Source of the DNA: Pseudomonadota bacterium
GTDB lineage: Bacteria; Desulfobacterota; Binatia; UBA1149
Reading direction: 5' to 3'
DNA length: 64,000 bases
Assembly (NCBI GenBank): GCA_014382245.1
Contig: JACNKC010000057.1
Span: 174-64,173 of the forward strand
Positions 8,934 to 19,005 of the stretch are shown piece after piece; the first letter of the stretch is position 1; every line of letters starts with the position of its first letter. The notes under the pieces were generated by a model. That model was not told where the DNA came from. It saw nothing but the letters and a program-made list of their open reading frames with translations, and made no database searches. Both the position numbers and the translations under genes were made by a program.

Positions 8934-10700
8934 ATGCTCCACGCGATTCCGGGTTGGCGCCAGCATAAGCTGGCTGTTTCGGTGATCTGCGTGGCTCTTA
9001 CCGCCGCTGCTGCTTGCACGCGGACACCGGCTACCACGGTGTTCGTGGCCCGTAGTGTTGTGACCATGGACCCGGCGAATCCACGGGCCGAGGCCGTGGC
9101 GGTGGCCGAGGGAAAGATCCTCGCGGTGGGCAGTCGCGAGGAGCTCTCGCCGCTGGCCGGCTGCAAGGGCTGCGTGATCGACAAGCGCTTTGCCGACGAT
9201 GTGCTGTTGCCCGGCTTCGTGGAGAACCACCTGCACCCCGACATGGCAGCCATGCTGCTGGCGTTACCGATAACGGCACCGTTTGACTGGGAACTGCCGG
9301 GCGGAACGATCAAGGGCATACGCGGCAGGCAGGCTTTTCTCGACAGGTTGCGCGAACTCGATGCCGCTCTTGGCGACGGCTCTCTTGAAGACGGTGGCCA
9401 GCCGCTGATCACCTGGGGCTACCACGATTTCTTTCACGGTGCGGGACTCGACCGAGACGCGCTCGACGCGGTGTCGACCACGCGCGCAGTGGTGGCCTGG
9501 CACCGTTCGTTTCACGAGGTCATAGCCAATTCGGTCGCGCTCGAGTGGATGGGAGTCACCCGCGAGACGGCGGCGCGGCTGCCCGGTGTCGCTTTGCGCG
9601 CAGACGGCGAGCCCACCGGCCGCCTGTCGGAGCTGGGGCTGCTGGTCGCGCTCGGTACGCTGTCCCCGGTGGTGCTGGGCGAAGAGGCCATGGATCGCGG
9701 TCACTCCATCGTGCGGCAGATGATACACCGCGGCGGCATCACCACGGTTGTCGACATGGCCTACGGCATGTTCAGCGACGAGCGCGAGTGGCCGATTCTC
9801 AAGCGCAACCTCGACCGCGACGACGTGCCTTTTCGCACCCGCCTGGTGCCTCTGCCCTTCGCCCTGGGACGCGAGTGGGGCGAGGATCTGTTCGACAGGG
9901 TAGAGGCCCTGCCGCAACGCAACAGTGAGCGCCTGGCCTTCGTGCGGCAGGTCAAGATGATAGGAGACGGCGCGTTCTTTTCCCTGTTGATGCGAATGCA
10001 ACCGCCGGGATACCTGGAGGGGGGAGTGGGCGAGTGGAACACCGAGCCGGGGCGCATGGTCGAGGGTCTCGCGCCCTGGTGGAAAGCGGGCTACCAGCTG
10101 CACGTGCACAGCAACGGCGACGCGGCCCAGGTGGCGGTGCTCGACGCGCTCGATCAGCTGCAGGCCGAGCACCCGCGAGAGGATCACCGCTTTACCTTTC
10201 ATCACTTTGCGCAGGCGCGCCCGAACGAGCTGGATCGCATGGCCGCGGCCGGTGCGTTGGTGTCAGCCAACGTGTACTACAACTACTTCATGGCCGACAT
10301 TTACGCCGAGCGCGGGCTTGGCCTGCCGCGCGCCGAGAAGATCACGCCGCTGGGGTCGCTGGTCAAGCGCGGGGTGAAGGTGTCGCTGCATTCCGACCTG
10401 CCCATGGGGCCGGCGCGCCCGCTGCTCGCGGCCTGGGCCGCTGCCACTCGGCTGACCCATGAAGGCAAGACCCGTGGCGCCGACGAGGCGCTTACCCCGG
10501 GGCAGGCCCTGCTCGCGATCACCAGCGACGCGGCCTACGCGGTGGGTATGGAAGACGAGGTTGGCAGCATACGAGTGGGCCTCAGGGCCGACTTCGTGGC
10601 GTTGCCCGACGATCCGTTGTCGGTGGAGCTAGACGAGTGGCCCAACATTATCCCGGTGGCCACCGTGCTCTCGGGTAAAGTTTACCCGGTCAGGCAATAG
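8934..10700 (+). CDS. amidohydrolase family (amidohydrolase-3 type metal-dependent hydrolase), probable lipoprotein
   Basis: Signal peptide with lipobox-like LTAAAAC. HLHPDMAAM metal-binding motif and VHSNGDAAQ motif typical of amidohydrolase_3 proteins. Divergent from the CoA-transferase gene. Confidence 0.7.
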   Translation: MLHAIPGWRQHKLAVSVICVALTAAAACTRTPATTVFVARSVVTMDPANPRAEAVAVAEGKILAVGSREELSPLAGCKGCVIDKRFADDVLLPGFVENHLHPDMAAMLLALPITAPFDWELPGGTIKGIRGRQAFLDRLRELDAALGDGSLEDGGQPLITWGYHDFFHGAGLDRDALDAVSTTRAVVAWHRSFHEVIANSVALEWMGVTRETAARLPGVALRADGEPTGRLSELGLLVALGTLSPVVLGEEAMDRGHSIVRQMIHRGGITTVVDMAYGMFSDEREWPILKRNLDRDDVPFRTRLVPLPFALGREWGEDLFDRVEALPQRNSERLAFVRQVKMIGDGAFFSLLMRMQPPGYLEGGVGEWNTEPGRMVEGLAPWWKAGYQLHVHSNGDAAQVAVLDALDQLQAEHPREDHRFTFHHFAQARPNELDRMAAAGALVSANVYYNYFMADIYAERGLGLPRAEKITPLGSLVKRGVKVSLHSDLPMGPARPLLAAWAAATRLTHEGKTRGADEALTPGQALLAITSDAAYAVGMEDEVGSIRVGLRADFVALPDDPLSVELDEWPNIIPVATVLSGKVYPVRQ

Positions 10701-11775
10701 CAGCGGCAAGCGCGGCGGCGGCATCGGCCATGGCCTGGCGCGCCCCGCGGCTCACCTGGGTGGTGTTGGCAAAGCCGTGCACTTGGCCTTCGACACGGCA
10801 CAGCGTTACCGGCACTCCGGCCAGTTCGAGTCGCTCGGCGTATGCTTCGCCCTCGTCTCTGAGGGGGTCGAAGCCGGCCGTGGTGACGTAAGCCGGTGGC
10901 AGGCCCGAAAGGTCTTCTGCCAGCAGCGGCGAAGCCGAGGGGTCTTCGACGGCCTGCTGGCGGTCACCCGTGTAGTGGCGGATGTACCACTCCATCTGCG
11001 AGGCGGTCAGAAAAAAACCGTCGGCGAACAAGCGGTACGATTCGCTGCGGGCCGACAGGTCGGTGACCGGGTAGATTGGCAGCTGGAAGGCCGGCGAGGG
11101 TCCGCCGTCGCGCGTGGCGCGCAGCGAAACCGAGGCCGCCAGGTTGCCACCGGCGCTGTCGCCGCCAACCGCCACCCGCGATGCGTTGATGGCCAGGCGC
11201 TCGGCGTTTTCGAGCGCCCAGCGAAACGCCGCCAGGGCGTCGTCGGTCGCCGCCGGAAAGGGATGTTCGGGGGCCAGCCGGTAGTCCACCGATAATACCT
11301 TGACGCCGGCCTTCTCTGCGAGGAATCGGCAGGGCTGGTCATGGCTGTCGATGCTGCCCACCACCCATCCTCCACCGTGGTAGTAGACCAGCAGGCCGCC
11401 GCCATCGGCGCAAGCGTGGGGCACGTAGAGTCGCGCGGCGAGTTCGCCGTCCGCGCCAGCGCAGGAGAGTTCCTCGACGCGTTGCATGGCTATGGGTTCA
11501 CCGCTTGCGACAGCCGCGCCGCTTTCGATGTGCTGCCGTACCTCGGCCACGGTCAGGTCGTCGTATGATGGGTGATCGTCGAACGACATCGCGAGCAGCA
11601 GCAGTTGCACGTCTGCGTCCAGCGTGAGGCCATCCACGCGGGTGGAACTGCCACCGGCGAGCAGGAGCTGCAGGCGTTCGGGCAGAGCCATCATCGATCG
11701 CAGCAACAGGCGTTGGGCTTTTTCAGCGAGGCCGAGCGGGCGTGGTTCCATGGTGGTCATCCTCCGCGGCAACAC
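10690..11775 (-). CDS. alpha/beta hydrolase, HSL-type esterase/lipase (alpha/beta hydrolase fold-3)
   Basis: YYHGGGWVVGS oxyanion-hole motif and GDSAGGNLAA nucleophile elbow (GxSxG). Confidence 0.8.
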   Translation of the reverse strand: MLPRRMTTMEPRPLGLAEKAQRLLLRSMMALPERLQLLLAGGSSTRVDGLTLDADVQLLLLAMSFDDHPSYDDLTVAEVRQHIESGAAVASGEPIAMQRVEELSCAGADGELAARLYVPHACADGGGLLVYYHGGGWVVGSIDSHDQPCRFLAEKAGVKVLSVDYRLAPEHPFPAATDDALAAFRWALENAERLAINASRVAVGGDSAGGNLAASVSLRATRDGGPSPAFQLPIYPVTDLSARSESYRLFADGFFLTASQMEWYIRHYTGDRQQAVEDPSASPLLAEDLSGLPPAYVTTAGFDPLRDEGEAYAERLELAGVPVTLCRVEGQVHGFANTTQVSRGARQAMADAAAALAAAIA

Positions 11776-11852
11776 GATTACGATATCGCGGAGGGCGAGA
11801 CCAGGGCCGGCGGGTAGTTACATATCGGGGACAAGATGATAAAAGGCTTGGG

Positions 11853-12674
11853 GTGGAAGTTCTTCTTACAGGCGCGGCCCTCGGGGCCGAAGTAAGGGGG
11901 CTTGATCTCACCCGCGAATTGACGGGTACAGAGTTAGCAGCGGTGACGGCGGCGCTGGTCGAACACAAGGTGCTGTTTTTTCGCGACCAGCCTCTTGGGC
12001 CGGCCGACCACCACCGCTTTGCGTCATACTTCGGGCCGCTGCAACGCCACCCCGCGTTTCCGCACGTGGACGACTACCCCGAGCTCACCATACTCGAAAG
12101 CGACCGCGCGCGTCCTTCAAAAATAGACAAGTGGCACTGCGACATGACTTACCTCGAGTGCCCACCGCTGGGCAGCGTGCTCAGGGCTACCGTCATTCCT
12201 GACAAGGGCGGCGACACGATGTGGATGAATCTCGAGGCGGCCTGGCAGGCGCTGCCCCTGGACTTGCAGCAAAGGTTGGCCCAAATGCAGGCCGAGCACA
12301 GCTTTGCGCATGGCTACCGAGAGAGCCTGGCCGAACCCGGCGGCAGGGACCGTCTCGCGCGGGCCGTGGCCGACAACCCGCCCGTGCTGCACCCGGTGAT
12401 GCGTCGTCACCCGGTCAGCAAGCGGCCCTGCTTGTTCGTCAACAGCCTGTTCACCACGCGCCTGCTTGGCATGGAAGAACGCGAGAGCGAGCAACTGCTG
12501 GCGCGGCTGTACGCGCACATCGAGAAGCCGGAGTTTCGGTACCGCTTCAGTTGGGAGGTCGACTCGATCGCTTTCTGGGACAACCGAGCCACGCAGCATA
12601 AGCCGGTACAGGATTGGTGGCCGGCGCGGCGTTGTCACCAGCGCATTACCATAGAGGGCGACAGACCGGTGTGA
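11853..12674 (+). CDS. TauD/TfdA family Fe(II)/2-oxoglutarate-dependent dioxygenase (taurine dioxygenase-like)
   Basis: WHCDMTY (HxD iron ligands). N-terminus EVLLTGAALGAEVRGLDL matches the TauD start. I chose the GTG at 11853 preceded by AAAAGG; the ORF track starts at 11742 and would overlap the convergent esterase. Confidence 0.7.
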   Translation: MEVLLTGAALGAEVRGLDLTRELTGTELAAVTAALVEHKVLFFRDQPLGPADHHRFASYFGPLQRHPAFPHVDDYPELTILESDRARPSKIDKWHCDMTYLECPPLGSVLRATVIPDKGGDTMWMNLEAAWQALPLDLQQRLAQMQAEHSFAHGYRESLAEPGGRDRLARAVADNPPVLHPVMRRHPVSKRPCLFVNSLFTTRLLGMEERESEQLLARLYAHIEKPEFRYRFSWEVDSIAFWDNRATQHKPVQDWWPARRCHQRITIEGDRPV

Positions 12675-12676
12675 AG

Positions 12677-13414
12677 TCAGTCGCTGTCGGCGGCGCTGCG
12701 AAAAAACTCTAGCGCCCACCGGGCGATGACCCCGCCGTCGGTGTCCTCGGCCAGCGAAGCCAGTGACCGGTTCCACAGATCATCCGCGTACAACCCGCGC
12801 CTGCTTTCGTACAAGCCCAGCGCGTACTCGGGGCTGAACTCGGGATGGCCCTGGCAACTCATCACGTGCTTGCCGATGCGGTACATCGAAACAGGGCAGG
12901 AGTCACTGGAGCCCACGAGGCTGGCACCGTCAGGCAGGCGCGTCACCTGGTCCCGGTGGCTGTGTATGAGCTGCAGCTTGCCGTGCGTGCCGGCAACGGA
13001 ATCTCCGCCGGCAGCGGCCCAGGGAAACGGCGACTCGATGCGCGTGCTGTGCACACCGAGCGTCCACCCCTGCTCGGCCAGCTCAGCGCGGCCGCCCAGT
13101 GCGCGGGCTACCAACTGGTGGCCAAAGCATACGGCGAACAGCGGTCGGCTCGCTTCGGCCAGCCGTACGACGTAGCTCTCGAGCGGAGCAATCCACTCCA
13201 ATTCGTCGTAAACACTGTGCCGGCCGCCGGTCATCAGGTAGCCATCGCAATCATCGATCGAGTCGGGAAACTCGCCGAGCCGCACATCCCAGCAAGCGAA
13301 TTGCAGAGAGGGATCCACGCCACCGAGCAGGCGGGCGAACATGTCGCTATACTGGCCGTGCGTGGCGGCGAGCGCGGGCTGGACTGAGTCGGTGAGAAGT
13401 ATGCCTATCTTCAT
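12677..13414 (-). CDS. class I glutamine amidotransferase-like protein
   Basis: MKIGILLTD start. CFGHQLVARALGG catalytic Cys motif and a downstream His typical of GATase1. Confidence 0.7.
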   Translation of the reverse strand: MKIGILLTDSVQPALAATHGQYSDMFARLLGGVDPSLQFACWDVRLGEFPDSIDDCDGYLMTGGRHSVYDELEWIAPLESYVVRLAEASRPLFAVCFGHQLVARALGGRAELAEQGWTLGVHSTRIESPFPWAAAGGDSVAGTHGKLQLIHSHRDQVTRLPDGASLVGSSDSCPVSMYRIGKHVMSCQGHPEFSPEYALGLYESRRGLYADDLWNRSLASLAEDTDGGVIARWALEFFRSAADSD

Positions 13415-13426
13415 GGGGGGAACAGT

Positions 13427-14848
13427 TTGAACAGCATAGACGCTACGGTCAACGAAGTCCTTGGTCCCCTGGCCGACGCCATGGCCGCGGTAGTTTTCTA
13501 CGCTGTACCCATAGGCGACGCGCAGGTGCCGCTCATCGTGGCCTGGTTGATAGGCGCGGGCCTGTTTTTCACCTTCTACCTGCGCTTCATCAATTTTCGT
13601 GGCATGGCCGAGGGCCTGCGCATAGTTAGCGGCAAGCGCCGCTCTCCGGGTTCGAGCGGGGAGATCAGTCCCTGGGGAGCGCTTTCGACGGCAGTGTCGG
13701 GCACCGTGGGCATTGGCAACATAGGCGGCGTGGCCGTGGCGATTTCAATGGGTGGCCCCGGGGCCACCTTCTGGCTGCTGGTGGCCGGGCTGCTGGGCAT
13801 GGCCAGCAAGTGTGCCGAGTGCGTGCTGGGGGTACGCTACCGCCAGGTCGACGAGAACGGCCAGGTGTCGGGCGGCCCGATGTACTACCTGCGCGAGGGG
13901 TTCGGCGAGCGCGGCTGGCCGCTGGTGGGCCGAGCCCTGGGTGGGTTCTACGCGGTGGCCATCGTGCAGGGCTGCCTGGGCGCGGGCAACATGTTCCAGA
14001 GCAACCAGGTTTTCGAACAACTGCTGGTCGTGACCGGCGGTGCCGACGGCCCCATGGCCGGGCACTCACTGGAGGTGGGCCTGCTGCTGGCCGTGGCCGT
14101 GGGCCTGGTGCTGGTGGGCGGCATACAATCCATAGCCCGTGTCACCACTCGCCTGGTGCCGTTCATGGCCTTGTTCTACTGCCTGGGCGCGCTGTTGGTC
14201 ATCGGCCTTAACTTCGACAAGGTCCCGGGCGCGTTTGCTTCGATATGGCACGGGGCGTTCTCGCCCGAGGGCATAAGCGGCGGCGTGCTGGGCGTGATGA
14301 TGCTCGGGTTTCGCCGCGCGGCTTTCTCAAACGAGGCTGGACTCGGCTCGGCAGCCATCGCCCACTCGGCGGTAAACACCCACCACCCTGCTACCGAGGG
14401 CCTGGTCGGCTTGCTCGAACCGTTTATCGACACTGTCGTGATCTGCACCATGACGGCGCTGGTTATTCTCACCACGGTGTACGAACCATCGCTGGCGGGC
14501 AGCGGCGTGCAGGGCGTGGCGCTTACGTCGCGTGCTTTTGAGAGCACGCTGTCGTGGGCGCCGGCAGCCGTTGGCCTGGCCGCGCTGCTGTTCGCGTACT
14601 CCACGATGATCGCCTGGGGTTACTACGGGCTCAAGGGTTGGACCTACCTGGTGGGCGACTCGCGCGTGGCCGATCTTTCTTTCAAGCTGGTCTACTGCGC
14701 TTTCGTCGTGCTGGGCTGTGTGCTCGATCTTGACGCCGTGCTTACCATGTCCGACGCGCTGTTGTTCGTAGTGGCAGTGCCTAACGTCATAGGACTGTAC
14801 GTGTTGGCGCCGCGCATACGCGAGAGCCTCGACGACTACTTCTCCTGA
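13427..14848 (+). CDS. alanine/glycine:cation symporter (AGCS family amino-acid carrier)
   Basis: 473 aa polytopic membrane protein. Conserved AGCS N-terminal region (IGDAQVPLIVAWLIGAGLFFT, GPMYYLREGFG). Confidence 0.8.
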   Translation: MNSIDATVNEVLGPLADAMAAVVFYAVPIGDAQVPLIVAWLIGAGLFFTFYLRFINFRGMAEGLRIVSGKRRSPGSSGEISPWGALSTAVSGTVGIGNIGGVAVAISMGGPGATFWLLVAGLLGMASKCAECVLGVRYRQVDENGQVSGGPMYYLREGFGERGWPLVGRALGGFYAVAIVQGCLGAGNMFQSNQVFEQLLVVTGGADGPMAGHSLEVGLLLAVAVGLVLVGGIQSIARVTTRLVPFMALFYCLGALLVIGLNFDKVPGAFASIWHGAFSPEGISGGVLGVMMLGFRRAAFSNEAGLGSAAIAHSAVNTHHPATEGLVGLLEPFIDTVVICTMTALVILTTVYEPSLAGSGVQGVALTSRAFESTLSWAPAAVGLAALLFAYSTMIAWGYYGLKGWTYLVGDSRVADLSFKLVYCAFVVLGCVLDLDAVLTMSDALLFVVAVPNVIGLYVLAPRIRESLDDYFS

Positions 14849-14904
14849 GTGTTGCTGGCGGGTTTGCCTGAGGGTCGCGGGCGGGCTGTGCCCGTCCGCC
14901 GTGG

Positions 14905-16716
14905 CTACTTTGCCTGCAGCGCGAGGTCCTCGATGTCGTTGGTAGAGGCAGCCGACAAGCGGGCGAGCGCAGCCGTGTCGCCAGCCAGTGCTGCGTCGAA
15001 AAAATTGAGCAGCAGGTAGTTGATGATGTCGTGGCCGTGGCGCCAGGGCAGGTGCAGGGGCGAGCATGCGTCGCCGTCACCGGTGAGCAGGTTACCCAGC
15101 GGCCCCGGTATGTCGCAGGCGTGGCTGAAAGCCAGGTGGCCGCCGTCCAGCAGGGTGCCCAGTGCCGTGAAGGGAGCGTTGGCCGGCAGGTTGTCGAAGG
15201 GGCGCTGCTGGTTGTCGGCCAGGGGCGTAGTCTGGTCGAGCGTACCTGCCATCAACATTGTGGGAACGGTGATTCCCGTGAAGAAGGCGTCGTCAAACAT
15301 GAAAGCCGCCGGCGCCAGTGGGGCTATGGCTTTCACCCGCGTGTCGGTGAAGGTTCCGCCGAAGGGGTCAATTTCAAAGCCAGCCACGATGAGCGGCTCG
15401 TCGTAGAAAAAGGCGCCGCCGGCGATCGCCAGGGTCGTGTATCCGCCGAACGAATGGCCGCTCATGCCTATGCGTGTCGCGTCGATGGCGCCTTCGAGAA
15501 AGTCCCCGGGCGTGGCGTTGGCCGCCAGCAGTTCATCGAGCAGGAAGCTGATGTCCACGGGGCGATTGACGGCCGAATCAAAATCAACGACCCCGTTGAG
15601 CAGGTCGGGCAGGGTGTTGCCGTGGTGGTCGGGGGAAGCCACCACGTAGCCGTGGCTGGCGAGGTGGGTGACGAGGTAGATAGACTGGTTGCGCGTACCC
15701 GCGAAGCCGTGCGAGAACACCAGCAAGGGAAAGCTGCCGGTCGCCATGGCCACGTCGCGGTAGGCGGGAGAGGGTGGCATCTGTCCGCCCATCAGCGTGG
15801 TAGCATCCAGTGGTATACCGGCGGTGGCCGCTGCAGTTGAGGGGTAGAACAGTTCCACGGCGACCGGCCTCGCGGACAGTCCATCGACGTCGAGCCGGGA
15901 GACGTCCGCCATCTGCAAGGTGGTGACTCCCACCGGCCACTGGCCGAGCGCAGCCGTGGCATCGAGATCGTTGGGCGGGTAAGTCGCTTGTGCGTAGTGG
16001 CGCCAGCGCGTCAGCAGCGAGTCGACGAAGGCGGCCGTGCGCTCGCCGATGTCGACTCCCGGCGCGCTCACAACAGCGTCGAGATCGTCGCCACAGGACC
16101 GGGAGGCGCGATCTACGGCCCACTGCCTCCGGTCGGCCACGGCCAGGTCCCGCGCAAGCCTGTCGCAGCCACTCCCCGTGTAGTTCACAAGCAGGCAGTC
16201 GCGACCCGTGGTTTGCACCAGGCGGTCGGCCAGTTTACCGGCCACGCGGGCCAGTCGGTTGCGGCAGCGCAGCTGCTTGCGCGAAAGCAGCGAGTCGTCG
16301 ACTGCGCGGATGGTGTCGTCGAGCTCAGTGGCGTAGGTGGTGCAGGTGCGGGGTACCTGCGAGGCCATGTTGACGAGTCCGGGGTATCCCAGTGCCCAGG
16401 CGTCGTCGTCGTCGCAGTTGTCGGTGACGGCACGGCGAGTGCGCAGCAGGATGTTACCCTCGCTGCTCCCCCGCCGCCGGGATCGATTCGCCCGTTTGAG
16501 GCAGCGCTCGGCTTCCCTGCCCGAGCTGCTGACGCAGGTGGCGGTATCGGCGCCAGCGGGCCCCGGGGGCAGCAACAAGGCCGCCGTCAGCAGGGCCACG
16601 GCAATTGCCGTGGCAGGAACGATCGCCGCCTGTTGGTAGTAAGAGCAGGTCATGCTGCAGCCGTTTCGTGCGTGCCAGGGTCGGGCGGTGCGACGCCGGG
16701 CCACGGGCAGGAGCAT
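14905..16716 (-). CDS. secreted alpha/beta hydrolase (lipase / PAF-acetylhydrolase / dienelactone-hydrolase-like) with Cys-rich N-terminal region
   Basis: GMSGHSFGGYTT nucleophile elbow. Hydrophobic N-terminal signal/TM segment. Several Cys pairs in the first 200 aa. The start could be the internal ATG at 16653. Confidence 0.6.
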   Translation of the reverse strand: MLLPVARRRTARPWHARNGCSMTCSYYQQAAIVPATAIAVALLTAALLLPPGPAGADTATCVSSSGREAERCLKRANRSRRRGSSEGNILLRTRRAVTDNCDDDDAWALGYPGLVNMASQVPRTCTTYATELDDTIRAVDDSLLSRKQLRCRNRLARVAGKLADRLVQTTGRDCLLVNYTGSGCDRLARDLAVADRRQWAVDRASRSCGDDLDAVVSAPGVDIGERTAAFVDSLLTRWRHYAQATYPPNDLDATAALGQWPVGVTTLQMADVSRLDVDGLSARPVAVELFYPSTAAATAGIPLDATTLMGGQMPPSPAYRDVAMATGSFPLLVFSHGFAGTRNQSIYLVTHLASHGYVVASPDHHGNTLPDLLNGVVDFDSAVNRPVDISFLLDELLAANATPGDFLEGAIDATRIGMSGHSFGGYTTLAIAGGAFFYDEPLIVAGFEIDPFGGTFTDTRVKAIAPLAPAAFMFDDAFFTGITVPTMLMAGTLDQTTPLADNQQRPFDNLPANAPFTALGTLLDGGHLAFSHACDIPGPLGNLLTGDGDACSPLHLPWRHGHDIINYLLLNFFDAALAGDTAALARLSAASTNDIEDLALQAK

Positions 16717-16869
16717 GACCCACCGGGCGGAGGCTTGTCAAGGTTGTATCGTTAGGTGGTGGGTGGCTTTGTTGCCTTTACCGCCAATGAAGGTGACATT
16801 CTCCTGGCCGGGTATATTCCGGGTACCCGGGTCGCGAGCTCACGTGGCCCGGCGCAACTGGGGGAGCAC

Positions 16870-17865
16870 GTGGAGTATGCAGTAGTAGTCGGGGGAGGGC
16901 AGGTCGAGCAGGAAGGGCACGGCCTGGAGGCCTTTGTTGGGCAGGCCCAGCTGGCCGAGTCGCTGGGTTATACGACCGTCTTCGTGCCCGACCATTATCT
17001 TTTTGAACAGATGGGCGAGCTCAAGACCGAGCAGCCAACCTACGAGTTGTTTGCGCTGCTTGGTGCCATCGCCCAGCGCACGCGCAGCATCAAGCTGGGC
17101 AGCCACGTGGCCTGCACGCTGTTTCGTCACCCGGCCATGCTCGCTCGCCAGTTTGCCCAGCTCGACGAGCTCAGTGGAGGTCGCGTGATTGCCGGCGTGG
17201 GTGCGGGCTGGACGAGGTCCGAGTTCGAGATGTTCGGACTGGACTTTCCGCCGGTGTCCGAGCGCCTGCGTATGATGGACGAGGCGGTGGAGATCATGCA
17301 GGCACTGTGGACCGGCGAGCCCTGCAGTTTTGACGGCGAGCACTATCGCCTGCGCGACGCCGTGGCCAGGCCGACCCCGACGCAACAGCCGCGACCACCG
17401 CTGATGCTGGGCGGCGGTGGCAAGGGCATACTCCGGCGCGCCGGGCGCTGGGCCGACATCCTCCACATGGTGCCCGAGATCGGCAAGGCCGGTACGACCA
17501 CGATGGAGAACGTGTCCGCCTTTCACGACGACGTGGTGGCAGAAAAGCTAGCACTGGTGCGAGAGGAGGCCAAGGATGCCGGCCGGCCGGACGGTGCCGT
17601 GCGCTACGCTACGACGATTTTCGTTTACCAGCCCGCCGACAGTGAGAAGCAGGCCGCCGAGACCGCCGAGGGCGCGGCTGCCATGTTCGGGCTCACGGCC
17701 GAGCAGTTCTGCCGTCACCCGGCCGTGCTCGCGGGAACTACCGATCAGATGGTCGAGGAACTGCAGCGTCGTGAGCGCGTGCACGGATTGTCCATCGTTG
17801 CGCTGGAGGCGACCGGGCTCGACAGTATCCGCAATTTCGCCGAGCGTATAATCGCCAACGGCTAA
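16870..17865 (+). CDS. LLM-class (luciferase-like) flavin/F420-dependent oxidoreductase
   Basis: LGYTTVFVPDHY and the rest of the luciferase-like monooxygenase fold signature. GTG start at 16870 preceded by GGGGAG; the ORF track begins at 16756. Confidence 0.7.
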   Translation: MEYAVVVGGGQVEQEGHGLEAFVGQAQLAESLGYTTVFVPDHYLFEQMGELKTEQPTYELFALLGAIAQRTRSIKLGSHVACTLFRHPAMLARQFAQLDELSGGRVIAGVGAGWTRSEFEMFGLDFPPVSERLRMMDEAVEIMQALWTGEPCSFDGEHYRLRDAVARPTPTQQPRPPLMLGGGGKGILRRAGRWADILHMVPEIGKAGTTTMENVSAFHDDVVAEKLALVREEAKDAGRPDGAVRYATTIFVYQPADSEKQAAETAEGAAAMFGLTAEQFCRHPAVLAGTTDQMVEELQRRERVHGLSIVALEATGLDSIRNFAERIIANG

Positions 17866-17875
17866 CAGGGTGGAC

Positions 17876-18664
17876 TCAGGCCGCCGGCCAGGCCGTGCCA
17901 CCGTCCACCTTTATTACGGCGCCGGTGGTGTAACTCGAAGCGTCGCTGGCCAGGTACAACGCCGCTCCCACGATCTCGTCGGGTCGGCCGCCGCGCTGCA
18001 ACGGTATGTGGGCGGCGGCGCTCTGTTCGAAGGCATCCATGTCCCAGGCCTTGGCTATGTCGGTGAGAAACGGCCCGGGCATGATGCAGTTGACCCTGAC
18101 CGAGGGAGCGTAGGCTCTGGCTAAGCCCAGGCTGAGCGCGTTGAGCCCGGCCTTGGCCGTGGCGTAGGGTAGCTCGTTGGGCGTGGGCTGCACCGCGGCG
18201 ATGCTGCTCACGTTGATAATAGACCCACCGTCGCCCGCCGCCATGCGCTCGCCCACGAGCGCCGACAGCCTGAAGGGCCCCTTGAGGTTTACTCCTATGA
18301 CCTTGTCGAAGAGTTCTTCGCTGACCTCGGCGAGCGAAGGGTACAGCGGCGACATGCCGGCGTTGTTTACCAGCACGTCCACGCGGCCGAAGTGCTTGTA
18401 GGCCGTGTCGACCAGCTCCTGGCACTGCTGCCAGTGGCCGGCGTGAAAGCCTACCCCCAGCGCGTGTCGACCGGTGAGCTCGGTGAGCTGCGTGGCCAGC
18501 TCCTCGCATGCCTTCTCCTTGCGGCTGGCGACCACCACCTCGGCGCCCGCGCGGGCGAAAGCCATCGCCATCTCCCTGCCCATGCCGCGGCTGCCGCCGG
18601 TGACCAGAGCCACGCGGCCCTCGAGATTGAAGAGATCGTTTGCCTGCGAGTCGTTTCTTTTCAC
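17876..18664 (-). CDS. SDR family oxidoreductase (3-oxoacyl-ACP reductase-like)
   Basis: GRVALVTGGSRGMG Rossmann motif. YxxxK present. GTG start at 18664 preceded by AGGAAAAATC. The 17862..18716 ORF in another frame is rejected. Confidence 0.8.
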   Translation of the reverse strand: MKRNDSQANDLFNLEGRVALVTGGSRGMGREMAMAFARAGAEVVVASRKEKACEELATQLTELTGRHALGVGFHAGHWQQCQELVDTAYKHFGRVDVLVNNAGMSPLYPSLAEVSEELFDKVIGVNLKGPFRLSALVGERMAAGDGGSIINVSSIAAVQPTPNELPYATAKAGLNALSLGLARAYAPSVRVNCIMPGPFLTDIAKAWDMDAFEQSAAAHIPLQRGGRPDEIVGAALYLASDASSYTTGAVIKVDGGTAWPAA

Positions 18665-18792
18665 GATTTTTCCTGTTTTCACGGGTGGAGTGACTGTCTT
18701 TCTGCCTGATGTGCAAGGCTGATACGAGGCATTTGCCGTTGCCTTTCGGTCGGCAGCGAGCAGCACGGCCGCAGGCGCGCTACAATGGCCCG

Positions 18793-19005
18793 ATGAACAA
18801 TGTCATCAACGGTCGTCGTGCTGCCTGGATGTGGGTCGTCTTGCTGCTCGGCTGTTTCATGAGCTCCGGCTGCCTGCTGACCAAGATCGTTTCGGTGCCA
18901 CTGCGGGTCGTCGGTGCGGTGGTTTCCATAGTCCCGATCGCGGGCAACCAGGCCCACGACGCCATCGACGCCACGGCCGACACCCTCGACGAACTGCCGT
19001 TTTGA
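18793..19005 (+). CDS. small hypothetical membrane protein/lipoprotein (70 aa)
   Basis: ORF MNNVINGRRAAWMWVVLLLGCFMSSGCLL... with one hydrophobic segment. Lies in a 340-bp intergenic gap. Its stop abuts the TTG start of the next gene. No homology evidence. Confidence 0.25.
   Translation: MNNVINGRRAAWMWVVLLLGCFMSSGCLLTKIVSVPLRVVGAVVSIVPIAGNQAHDAIDATADTLDELPF

Noticed and set aside
8849-9412. 188-codon N-terminal extension of the CoA-transferase ORF
   Set aside because: The extension is Ser/Ala/Arg-rich low-complexity sequence that would overlap the divergent promoter region. The family-III CoA-transferase fold begins at MANKGYGQR, where a good ATG exists.
17862-18716. 284-aa minus-strand ORF in an alternative frame overlapping the SDR gene
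   Set aside because: Arg/Gly/His-rich frame-shifted translation of the SDR coding region. The other frame carries the GxxxGxG and YxxxK SDR motifs.
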